A stretch of DNA of 64,000 bases from an uncultured Candidatus Saccharibacteria bacterium (lineage in GTDB: Bacteria; Patescibacteriota; JAQUNI01). Where the stretch lies: contig CAZKRD010000003.1 of assembly GCA_964555185.1 (NCBI GenBank), positions 83,943-147,942 on the forward strand. The letters are read 5' to 3'. Made by a program: the position numbers and the translations under genes. Positions 48,387 to 56,590 of the stretch are shown piece after piece; positions within the stretch are counted from its first letter, which is position 1; every line of letters starts with the position of its first letter. The notes under the pieces are model-generated. The model did no database searches and was not told the origin of the DNA. It was given only the letters and a program-made list of their open reading frames with translations.

Positions 48387-50171
48387 TTATTCTTCTCTAA
48401 CTTTAAACAGTCTCACCCACTTCCCCGTTGCCTGGTCTGTCTCTTCGTGAATCAGCTCCACTTCTTTTAATTCAGTGGGTTTGTAGACCAGATTATGAAT
48501 CAGGGACTGGATTAAAGTTTCTGTTTTAAGGCCTTGCGGCGTTGTCCCGCGAAAGGTGTAGGCTATTCTTTGAGTGTTGGTTTGTCTTTGGATTTGGAAA
48601 TCTTCAGAATTAATCAAAAAATATTTTATTTCGTGTTCTTTAGCATAAGCCACTGCGCTAGCTTCAGGCTCCCAATATATTTTTGTTTCATCTATCTTGC
48701 TTCGCTCAAGATCATTAATCGGGACGAGATCGGTTAAGAAGTCATAATAGTGCTCCTCACCCCAGTTTAGGAAAATCCGCTCACCTTTTTGGGTGTTATT
48801 GCGGAGCCAAGCGGCCATCTGATATTCTCCTTCAGAAAGCGCGGGGTGAACCCAATACTTGTAGACAAACAGGGTTAAGAAAGAGGGGGCCAGGAGGATG
48901 ATGATTACAGCGGCAGTGTGAACTTTTTGTTTAAGCGCTTGATCATACATTGAGAAGTATTTTTTAAAGGCCCAGAGTGTAACCAAAGGGACGATAAAGA
49001 AAATCATTTTATCAAGCGGCCTAAGAATACTAGAGCCGGGGTTTACAAAAAGAACAATAATCAGAATACCGACCATTAGATAATCAAGGATGTAGAACTT
49101 TTTTTTGTACCAGAGGGCGTAGCTTGCGACCATCGCCATTCCCATATTCAGGATGCGCGAACCGCGGTCCACGGTGGAAGCAATAAAGTAACCCATAATC
49201 AGGAGGGTGGGGCCGACGACTTCTCTCTTTTTGTAAGCGGCATAGAAGCCGAAAGGGACAAAGAAACAAAGCAGATAGATGTCCAGAAATTTTTTATCCA
49301 TATCGGTCGGCACAAGGTCCTTGGAGTTGCGGCCTAAGATTTCGATTAGGTCAATACTGCGGTAGTGCATCGTAAAAGCGTTTAAAACCTGCAGGGTTTG
49401 TTCGTAAAACACATAACGGACCAGAATCAAACCGACAATTAAGATAATATAGAAATAGACTTGAGGATCAATTTTTTTGAAAAAGGAAAGAGGAGCAGTG
49501 CTTTTAGTTCCCTCTTTCTTTTTAGGGAGAAAGCAGAAAATGAGATAGACTAAAAGCAGAGGGAGAGCAAGGAGGAAGACTGGATTTAGGTTATAGCCGA
49601 TATAGGCAAGGATAAGAGCGGCTGCAAGATAATACCAATTTTTTTTCCAAGCTCCTTTTTTTGCCCGGGATCTTCTGGTAAAAGAGATGATCGCGATCAG
49701 AAAACCAAGCATAATTGGATACTGCAATAAATCATGAGTGAAGGAAACCACGGAGAGTGCTTGGACAGAAGAAATGCCGGTGTAGAAAAAGGCAGCTGCC
49801 AGGGCAATCAAGTTTAAACCCTTGGCATCAGTCTCTCCTTGTTTTTTGCTCGAGATGATCAGGTTCTTTATTAAGTAAAAAATCAAGACTCCGGTGAGAC
49901 TAGAGAGGATTGCCGCCAAAATACTGACGGCGTGAAGAAGATACTGATCAGAAAAGCCGTAGCCCAAGAATCTTAGCAGGTAGATCGTGATGTCCAAGCC
50001 CTGAAAGCCCTGGTACCGGGCTGCTACTTTGCAGTAAAACCAGATTTCAGTTAGATGGGAAGCGTGCCAGCCATATTTTTCCCAGAAGGCAATGTCCAAG
50101 AGCACCCTCTGCAACAGGCCGTAGCCGAAAATGATTAGAGCGAGCAGTTTGGAGTTTTTTAAAAGTTTCAT
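48387..50171 (-). CDS. Large polytopic membrane protein with a C-terminal soluble domain; putative GT-C-fold glycosyltransferase (ArnT/PMT/oligosaccharyltransferase-like)
   Basis: The protein is 594 aa with about 12 TM helices followed by a hydrophilic region of about 150 aa. It co-occurs with a GtrB-like lipid-sugar synthase and a flippase. No diagnostic WWDYG motif is present. Confidence 0.45.
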   Translation of the reverse strand: MKLLKNSKLLALIIFGYGLLQRVLLDIAFWEKYGWHASHLTEIWFYCKVAARYQGFQGLDITIYLLRFLGYGFSDQYLLHAVSILAAILSSLTGVLIFYLIKNLIISSKKQGETDAKGLNLIALAAAFFYTGISSVQALSVVSFTHDLLQYPIMLGFLIAIISFTRRSRAKKGAWKKNWYYLAAALILAYIGYNLNPVFLLALPLLLVYLIFCFLPKKKEGTKSTAPLSFFKKIDPQVYFYIILIVGLILVRYVFYEQTLQVLNAFTMHYRSIDLIEILGRNSKDLVPTDMDKKFLDIYLLCFFVPFGFYAAYKKREVVGPTLLIMGYFIASTVDRGSRILNMGMAMVASYALWYKKKFYILDYLMVGILIIVLFVNPGSSILRPLDKMIFFIVPLVTLWAFKKYFSMYDQALKQKVHTAAVIIILLAPSFLTLFVYKYWVHPALSEGEYQMAAWLRNNTQKGERIFLNWGEEHYYDFLTDLVPINDLERSKIDETKIYWEPEASAVAYAKEHEIKYFLINSEDFQIQRQTNTQRIAYTFRGTTPQGLKTETLIQSLIHNLVYKPTELKEVELIHEETDQATGKWVRLFKVREE

Positions 50172-50228
50172 TGTTTCATTGTTTCATTGTTTGATCGCTG
50201 CTTTTTAGGGCAACCAAACAATGTTTTG

Positions 50229-51200
50229 TTATGTTTTTGTTTTGTAATTTTTGGCGAATGTACCGGAAACAAGGGCAGCGAGAGCGACGCAGTTGCGCAG
50301 GAAGCTGACAAAAGGATAAAGAAGTATTACAGGATCCCTTTTTCGTTTTAGGGTCCAAACCAGAGGAGGGAGGGTGAGGAGCAAATAAGCAGCAATCAAG
50401 ATAAGTAATACGTAATATGTAATGGTTAATGTGTAAATAAGAAAGATTGAAAAGAAACCCAGTAAGATGATCAAGAGCTGGATCTGGATGATGTTGTCAT
50501 AAGAGTAAGAAGCAGAACCCTGCAGATAAGGACGGTAATAGGCATAGGCCCAAGAACGCTTTAAGAAGGACTTCAGGGTTGGCTTATAGTGGTGCCAGGC
50601 ATGAGCTTTTTTATTTAAAACGAGGCAAAAGCCCGACCCCACAAGCCGTAGGTTAAATTCGTTGTCAAAGGCGGCATTGATCAGTTCTTCTTTAAAAAAG
50701 CGGCTGACGCGGGAAAGAACAGAAGCGCGGTAGATAAGGTTAGCGGAGGTTAAGTGCAGGGGGCTTACCGACTGCTTCTTCATCTTGTATTCTACCTCGT
50801 AACCGGCAATCCGGGCAATCCAAGGGTCGTCCTCAAAGGGGTGTAAGATTCCGCCTACGCCGGCCACGCGGGAGTTCTTAAACTTTCGCAGGTTTTTCAA
50901 AAGCCACCTTTTTTCAATCCTGACATCCGATTCAACAAGAGCGACAAATTCATATTTTTTCGCTTTTTCTAAGCCCCGGTTTAAGGCGGCGGCCTGGCCT
51001 TTGTTTTTCTGGCCTAAAAGCTTGATCTCTCTGTATTTTTGAGCAAGCTTTTGGACAATCTCTCCTGAATTGTCTTGGGAGCCATCGTCAACCACGAGGA
51101 TCTCTTTTTGGAAGCCGCCTTTTTGCCTTAAAATTGAAAGCAGGGCGCCCTTGATCCAGCGCGCGTCGTTAAACAAACTGACGACAAAGAGAATTTTCAT
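50229..51200 (-). CDS. Glycosyltransferase family 2 with a C-terminal membrane anchor (two TM)
   Basis: The protein starts MKILFVVSLFNDARWIKGALLSILRQ... and has VVDDGSQDNS. The C-terminal TM pair is LLIILLGFFSIFLIYTL. Confidence 0.75.
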   Translation of the reverse strand: MKILFVVSLFNDARWIKGALLSILRQKGGFQKEILVVDDGSQDNSGEIVQKLAQKYREIKLLGQKNKGQAAALNRGLEKAKKYEFVALVESDVRIEKRWLLKNLRKFKNSRVAGVGGILHPFEDDPWIARIAGYEVEYKMKKQSVSPLHLTSANLIYRASVLSRVSRFFKEELINAAFDNEFNLRLVGSGFCLVLNKKAHAWHHYKPTLKSFLKRSWAYAYYRPYLQGSASYSYDNIIQIQLLIILLGFFSIFLIYTLTITYYVLLILIAAYLLLTLPPLVWTLKRKRDPVILLYPFVSFLRNCVALAALVSGTFAKNYKTKT

Positions 51201-52657
51201 TTTAAGATTCTGGTTATTATCTTTAGGTCTTTTGTGAGATTTTTGGGATTCCTATAGGTCCTGATCCGTTCTTTTAAAAATCCAAGCCTTAAATAAAAGT
51301 GGCGATAGGCCCATTTTTGCATTTTTTCCAACTCTTGATTAGAGAGATTGGGATAGGAGAGCAAAGCCCGGCGGCTTGGGTCTAATTTTTCGGTATTGAT
51401 TTTAAGGTATCCTTTCTTTTTACAAAAAGCGTGGTAAGGGGTGCCGGGAAAGGGGGTGGCAATCGAGAACATCACATTATTAACCTTCATTTTTTTGAGT
51501 TCTTTCACTGTATTTTTGATGTCAGCGACTGTTTCTTGGGGGCAGGTGCCAAAGACAATGTTGAATTTGGCTTCAATTCTGTATTTTTTGAGATTAGAAA
51601 GCGCCTTTTCAATATCATCGACCTTTAATCCTTTATGGATATAGTTTAATATTTTTTGATTTAGGCTTTCCACGCCGATATCAATGACCCTACAGCCGGC
51701 TTGGGCCAGTTTTTGAACAAGTTCAGGATCGGTCAGAAAATCAGCCCGAGAGAGACAGCCCCATTCTAAGTTAAGGTCGCGGATTCCGCTGCAGATTTTG
51801 ATTGTCCGTTTCCTGTCCCAGAGAAACTGGTCGTCAATAATCATCACGGCCCGAAAGCCCTGTTTTTTGATCAAGTTGAATTCAGAGATCACTCTTTCTG
51901 CCGAGAGCAGGCTGGGCGCTGGTTTGCCCTTGTGTTTTTTTAGGTGCTCTTGCTCGCGGGCAAAGCTTATACTGTTTGGAACGCAAAAAAGACAATGGAA
52001 AGCACAGCCGCGGGAAGTGATCATTACGGTTTGGGGGGAGCGCGAAAGCTTCGGGTTATAGTAGGACAGAGCATAATCGGCAATACTTTTATGCAGGCGG
52101 TCGAGAAGGGGAAATTTATTGATATCAAGAGGTTTTCCAGAGTAAGGCAGGTGGATGACCTCTCCTTTTTTTAAATAAGACAGGCTTTCTGGTTTACTTT
52201 TGGTTAAGAAACGGAGGATGTTTTCTTCTGGTTCTCCCCGGAAAACGATCAGATTAGGATCGAGAAGATATTCTCCGGGCACGCGCGTGGGTTCAGGGCC
52301 GTGGACCAAGACAAGGGAGCGGGGATTATACTTTCTTAACTTTTTGATCGTAAAGAGGTCGGCTTTTTTCGAAAGAATCACTGAATGGATGATATAGATT
52401 TTTGAATCATCCTGGGACAGTGTTTTTAAGAAAGCGGGCCAAGAGAGTTTGTCTAAAATAGCATCGAGGTAATTCATTTTGAAACCCTGCTTGTCCAAGA
52501 GGGTCAGGATGTAGAGATTGGCCAAATCCAGGGAATGGTAGAGTTGATAAGAACAGCCGAAGATTCTTTCGGGAATTTTTTTGGGATTTAAGCTGGGCGG
52601 TTCGATAAAAGTTATTTTCATTGAAGTTTTTTTTGTTTCCAAGCGAGAGCGTCGCAA
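51197..52657 (-). CDS. B12-binding-domain radical SAM enzyme (class B rSAM, methyltransferase-like)
   Basis: The N-terminal cobalamin-binding Rossmann-like region (MKITFIEPP...) is followed by the radical SAM motif ITSRGCAFHCLFCVP (CxxxCxxC). Length is 486 aa. Confidence 0.75.
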   Translation of the reverse strand: MRRSRLETKKTSMKITFIEPPSLNPKKIPERIFGCSYQLYHSLDLANLYILTLLDKQGFKMNYLDAILDKLSWPAFLKTLSQDDSKIYIIHSVILSKKADLFTIKKLRKYNPRSLVLVHGPEPTRVPGEYLLDPNLIVFRGEPEENILRFLTKSKPESLSYLKKGEVIHLPYSGKPLDINKFPLLDRLHKSIADYALSYYNPKLSRSPQTVMITSRGCAFHCLFCVPNSISFAREQEHLKKHKGKPAPSLLSAERVISEFNLIKKQGFRAVMIIDDQFLWDRKRTIKICSGIRDLNLEWGCLSRADFLTDPELVQKLAQAGCRVIDIGVESLNQKILNYIHKGLKVDDIEKALSNLKKYRIEAKFNIVFGTCPQETVADIKNTVKELKKMKVNNVMFSIATPFPGTPYHAFCKKKGYLKINTEKLDPSRRALLSYPNLSNQELEKMQKWAYRHFYLRLGFLKERIRTYRNPKNLTKDLKIITRILK

Positions 52658-53580
52658 AAAGCGCAGATTTTTTCCTGTTCAGCCCGGAAATGTTTAAATT
52701 TTTTGTTTGTCCAGATTTGGCTTAAAGTTTCCTCTCCCAGACTGCCGCAAATTTTGTTGCGCAGATTGCAGCAGGGCGCGGCCTTGCCGTCAACCGTGAT
52801 GTAAAGATGGTTGTCGGTTTTGAGGCATTTCCGGTCACAATCAGTCGCCAGATAACGGAACAGGTTAAACTGGTTAAGACAGAGGAATTTTAAATTAAGT
52901 TTTCTGGCGGCCTTTTTAGCGCGCCTGATTATTCTCTGTTCCTTTTGTGAAGAGGGTCGAGAGAGTTTGCTCCCCGGGTACTTGATTAGGCGAATCAGAT
53001 TGATTTTGTCCACTTTGTTTGCTGCGGCGAATTCGATCACATCTTTCACATCCCGGTATCCTTTTTGGCTGATAATGGTTTGGAGAGAGATCAAGGGGAG
53101 TTTTTTAGAACCCCTAATTTTAATGAAGTCCTTGATATTATTTAAGACTTGGATGTTGTTCTGATGGCCGGCGGAATTATTGTTGATTGCGTCGATTGAA
53201 AAAGAAACTTCGTAGATATTTGATTTAAGCAGATTTCTGGCCCAAGTCTGGTTTAAGAGAGATCCATTGGTTGTAAATTTTATTTTGCTTTTCGGAAATT
53301 TTTGGTTAATGTATTTTATCATTTTGGACAAGTCCTTGTGAAGCAGGGGTTCGCCCCAGCCAGTAAGGGTAATCGTCCGGGGGTGCTTTAGAGCGTCAAT
53401 CGCTTTTCGGAATGTTTTCCAGGTTATGTCCTTTTGTTTAGCTCCGATTAGTTTTCGGGGGCAGATTGGACAAGCAAAATTGCAGCGGTTAGTGATCTCG
53501 ATTTGGATCTCTTGGGGGTAGGGTTCTTGGACATTAAAAAACAAACAAAAAAACTTTTCTATTTTTTGAAAGAGGGCCAT
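52618..53580 (-). CDS. Radical SAM enzyme with a C-terminal SPASM/twitch Cys-rich domain
   Basis: The rSAM motif is EITNRCNFACPICP (CxxxCxxC). The C-terminal Cys cluster is ...GKAAPCCNLRNKICGS...CAFCDALAW. Length is 320 aa. Confidence 0.75.
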   Translation of the reverse strand: MALFQKIEKFFCLFFNVQEPYPQEIQIEITNRCNFACPICPRKLIGAKQKDITWKTFRKAIDALKHPRTITLTGWGEPLLHKDLSKMIKYINQKFPKSKIKFTTNGSLLNQTWARNLLKSNIYEVSFSIDAINNNSAGHQNNIQVLNNIKDFIKIRGSKKLPLISLQTIISQKGYRDVKDVIEFAAANKVDKINLIRLIKYPGSKLSRPSSQKEQRIIRRAKKAARKLNLKFLCLNQFNLFRYLATDCDRKCLKTDNHLYITVDGKAAPCCNLRNKICGSLGEETLSQIWTNKKFKHFRAEQEKICAFCDALAWKQKKLQ

Positions 53581-53740
53581 TTCTTTTATTATAGCAAAGA
53601 ATTCAGTTCTTGTTGTAATATTATATTCTATGCTATAATGGATTTAAGTTCAATCTTTAAAATAGAAAACAAAAAAAGATCGGAAAAATATCTTTTTGTT
53701 TGGGTTTTTAAATAATTAAAAAGATTTTAATTTCGCAAGT

Positions 53741-54127
53741 TTGGTTAGACAAAATTTAGATATAGCTGAATTTGCGATAAAAATTATGCCTGAAGGACAA
53801 AAGACGGAAGCTTCACCAACTCCTGCTCAAGGAGGACAAGACAAAGATGTTGAGGAGAATAAGGTCTTGGCGGCAATCAGCTACCTCTGGATTATCAGTT
53901 TGATCATTCTTCTGGTCAAGAAGGAGAGCGCGTTTGCCAAATTCCATGCCAAGCAGGGTCTTATTCTCTGGATCGCGTCAACCATCCTCTGGATTATTCC
54001 CTGGGTTGGCTGGGTCCTGAACATTGTAGTCTTTGTCTTCATCGTGATTGGTTTTATCAAGGCAATATCGGGCAAGTGGTGGAAGGTTCCTGGCGTTGGT
54101 CAACTGGCGGAAAAGATCAAGTTCTAA
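53741..54127 (+). CDS. DUF4870-like small membrane protein
   Basis: It matches the DUF4870 pattern (AAISYLW...FAKFHAKQGLILWI) and has two TM helices. The start is probably the Met at 53786. Confidence 0.55.
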   Translation: MVRQNLDIAEFAIKIMPEGQKTEASPTPAQGGQDKDVEENKVLAAISYLWIISLIILLVKKESAFAKFHAKQGLILWIASTILWIIPWVGWVLNIVVFVFIVIGFIKAISGKWWKVPGVGQLAEKIKF

Positions 54128-54196
54128 CTCTAAGATTTCGACTGGAGACTTAAGAGAAATTAATTTTTTGACCTGTTTGTCGGGGGCTTTATTTTC

Positions 54197-55648
54197 GTGT
54201 ATCAAAAAAGGACAAAAATCATCTGTACGATCGGGCCTTCATCTTCTGAAATGAGGGAGATTTTGGCTATGCTTAAAGCCGGGATGAATCTGGCCCGGAT
54301 AAATTTTTCCCACGGAAACGAGGAAGACAATGCTCATTTGGTAAGGCAGGTGCGCGGCGCGGCCAAAGCTTTGGGTCGAGCAGTGGCGGTTATCCAAGAT
54401 TTGCAAGGAGCGCGGGTCAGGGTGAGCAGTGTTAAGAGGGGAGGTTTAGAGTTACGGGAAGGGGAAGTGGCGGTGATTACAACCGGATCAATCTCGGCAA
54501 AAGAAAAAGAAGGAGAGGGTAAGAGTAAGGTCTTTCAAGTTACTTATAAAAAGTTAGCTCGCGACTTGGGGCGGGGGAGTATTATTTTAATCGATGACGG
54601 CTTGATTAAGTTAAAGGTTTTGAGCATCCGAGGGGGAAAAATCAAATGCCGGGTTGTGATTGGCGGGATCTTAACCCAAGGGCGGGGGATGAATTTTCCC
54701 AGCACTACTTTGGGCCTGCCCGCAATTACAGTAAAAGACCGTAAAGATTTAGAGGATGGCATTAAACTCGGCGTTGATTATGTTGCCCTTTCTTTTGTCC
54801 AGGGGCCAGAAGACATTGTCGCTTTGAAGAGGTTGATTAAGATTTATGAAGATTGCGCTTTGCCGCGGACTAAAGTGATTGCCAAGATTGAGAAGCAAGG
54901 GGCCTTAGACAACTTTGACAAGATTTTGGCCGAGACCGATGCGGTGATGATTGCCCGCGGCGATTTGGGGATTGAGGTTGATCCTACTCGTTTGCCTCTA
55001 ATCCAGAAAGAGATCATTATTAAGTGTTTGGAGGCGATAAAGCCGGTGATTGTTGCGACCCAAATGCTGGACTCAATGCAGGATAAGCCGCGTCCGACCC
55101 GGGCGGAAGTTTCTGATGTTGCGGCCGCGGTTATCGACCACACTGACGCGGTGATGCTTTCTCAAGAAACCGCGACAGGCAAATATCCAGTGGCGGCGGT
55201 AAAGGTGATGGCCCAAACCGCTTGCAGGACCGAACATTCGCGCTATGATGACATTATTTACCATAACGGTATTCAAAAAGAGTTTTCATCTGTTTCCGCG
55301 ATGAGCCGCTCGGCCTGTGTCCTTGCTTCTGATATTAAGGCCAAGGCAATATTGGTTACTACTCGTTCCGGCTTTTCCGCCCGCAGTCTGATAAGCCACC
55401 GGCCAGAGATGAACGCGATCATTGCCGTAACTAACAGTTTGAATGTTTACCGCGAGCTTTCTTTGTCTTGGGGGATCACCCCTTATTTGATCCGTGATTT
55501 CCGCGATGGCCAGGAACTAATTAGCAAAAGCATTAAAGCGATCAAAGCGGATGGCTTAGTTCGAGCCCAAGACAAGGTCGTGGTTATGACCGGCTTTAAA
55601 GAACGAGGCGACGGCTGGTCCAGTTCTCTCCGGGTTGTCGAGATTTGA
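54197..55648 (+). CDS. pyk: Pyruvate kinase
   Basis: The N-terminal signature is RTKIICTIGPSS...MNLARINFSHG. The K+/substrate motif MIARGDLGIEV is present. Length is 483 aa. Confidence 0.95.
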   Translation: MYQKRTKIICTIGPSSSEMREILAMLKAGMNLARINFSHGNEEDNAHLVRQVRGAAKALGRAVAVIQDLQGARVRVSSVKRGGLELREGEVAVITTGSISAKEKEGEGKSKVFQVTYKKLARDLGRGSIILIDDGLIKLKVLSIRGGKIKCRVVIGGILTQGRGMNFPSTTLGLPAITVKDRKDLEDGIKLGVDYVALSFVQGPEDIVALKRLIKIYEDCALPRTKVIAKIEKQGALDNFDKILAETDAVMIARGDLGIEVDPTRLPLIQKEIIIKCLEAIKPVIVATQMLDSMQDKPRPTRAEVSDVAAAVIDHTDAVMLSQETATGKYPVAAVKVMAQTACRTEHSRYDDIIYHNGIQKEFSSVSAMSRSACVLASDIKAKAILVTTRSGFSARSLISHRPEMNAIIAVTNSLNVYRELSLSWGITPYLIRDFRDGQELISKSIKAIKADGLVRAQDKVVVMTGFKERGDGWSSSLRVVEI

Positions 55649-55672
55649 CTTTTTTTAATTTTGAGGTATAAT
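55644..55672 (+). promoter_or_regulatory. Putative sigma70 promoter TTTGAC-N17-TATAAT immediately after pyk
   Basis: tttgac is at 55644-55649 and tataat at 55667-55672. Confidence 0.4.
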
Positions 55673-55754
55673 AAATTATCCTTTCATTCACGCTGTTTTT
55701 TGGTTTTTAAAATTTTGGATTTTTGTAACCTTTTTTGTATTCAGGGAGGGTGAT

Positions 55755-55910
55755 GTGGTGTTCAAAAAGAGAAAGAGCAACACGAAGAGTGAAAATGGCA
55801 AAGGGAAGTGTGGAGCATGTTCGCACTTCTGGGGTTGCCGGAATAAGGGTAAGAATATAGGATTATTGACGCAACAACCCGAAGATTGCAAAGAACGTGG
55901 TTTAAAGTAG
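55755..55910 (+). CDS. Small Cys-rich basic peptide (51 aa; VVFKKRKSNTKSENGKGKCGACSHFWGCRNKGKNIGLLTQQPEDCKERGLK), GTG start
   Basis: I translated it by hand. The SD AGGGAGGG at 55744-55751 lies directly upstream. It is not in the ORF track (<60 aa). Confidence 0.3.
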   Translation: MVFKKRKSNTKSENGKGKCGACSHFWGCRNKGKNIGLLTQQPEDCKERGLK

Positions 55911-55942
55911 ATTGTGCGGCGAAACCCGAAAGGAGGTTTTGG

Positions 55943-55999
55943 ATGAAACGACAGTTTTGTTTTGCTTGTTTAATCTGCGTTTCCTTCCCGGTCCATTAA
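55943..55999 (+). CDS. Micro-ORF, 18 aa (MKRQFCFACLICVSFPVH), with a perfect SD
   Basis: AGGAGG is at 55931-55936, 6 nt before ATG 55943. The stop TAA is at 55997-55999 (hand translation). Confidence 0.3.
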   Translation: MKRQFCFACLICVSFPVH

Positions 56000-56124
56000 A
56001 GGAGGTGATCCTAATTGCAGAAAACCGGGAAATGGTTCTTTAGAAATAATCACAGTCCTCCTTATGTTCACGAATCTTGAAAAAAGAATCAAGAACTAAA
56101 ACCAAATAATGGGAGGACCGATAA

Positions 56125-56370
56125 ATGCCGCGACATAAAGTTACGCAGGAAGCAAGGGATTTCTGGCAGGCTCTGGAAGAGCTGTTGGGAGAGCGATTTT
56201 CTGGGATAAAGGCCTTGATAATTGTTAAGCCAAAAGGCAATTATATAATTGTTTTGATTTCAGTCAAGGCGGTCAGGTTGTTGGGTTTAGGAGGAAGACG
56301 TCGGAGATTCAGGGGTAGTTCGGAAGTTGTGATACATGGAATCTCCAAAGAAATGAGTGCAGCTGCTTGA
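56125..56370 (+). CDS. Hypothetical 81-aa protein
   Basis: SD GGGAGG is at 56111-56116. The protein is MPRHKVTQEARDFWQALEELLGERFSGIKALIIVKPKGNYIIVLISVKAV... I found no recognisable domain. Confidence 0.35.
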   Translation: MPRHKVTQEARDFWQALEELLGERFSGIKALIIVKPKGNYIIVLISVKAVRLLGLGGRRRRFRGSSEVVIHGISKEMSAAA

Positions 56371-56482
56371 ACTAGGTAGGTTTACTCTTGCGTGGAGGTA
56401 AGCTTGGGGTGTGCGAAAAGCATGCCCTCTTTTCTTTTTGGCTAAAATTGGTTAGAATTTAGAGTGTAGAGTAATGAATTCT

Positions 56483-56570
56483 GAAGAGGTGCCTGAGCGG
56501 TCGAAAGGGCTTGCTTGGAGAGCAAGTGTATCCATTTTGGGTACCGAGGGTTCGAATCCCTCCCTCTTCG
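56483..56570 (+). tRNA. tRNA-Ser (anticodon GGA), 88 nt, no encoded CCA
   Basis: The acceptor is GAAGAGG/CCTCTTC. The anticodon stem-loop is cttgc-TTGGAGA-gcaag. It has a long variable arm and T-arm AGGGTTCGAATCCCT. Confidence 0.8.
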
Positions 56571-56590
56571 CAAAGTTTAGTTAGAAAAAA

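Noticed and set aside
55999-56011. AAGGAGGTGATCC means the minus strand reads GGATCACCTCCTT, the canonical 3' end of 16S rRNA. I considered a 16S gene end on the minus strand.
   Set aside because: The sequence that would precede it (...ttttctgcaatta) does not match the universally conserved 16S 3' region (AACCTGCGG(C/T)T immediately upstream of GGATCACCTCCTT). No rRNA-like GC-rich conserved blocks follow. It is better explained as an SD or anti-SD-complementary element.
56340-56470. The 81-aa ORF ends ...EMSAAA*. I checked for a tmRNA (ssrA) tag reading frame.
   Set aside because: There is no tRNA-Ala-like 5' domain (GGGG...GGATTCGACG). There is no ...CTCCACCA 3' end and no pseudoknot-rich GC blocks. 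The downstream tRNA-like structure is an ordinary tRNA-Ser.
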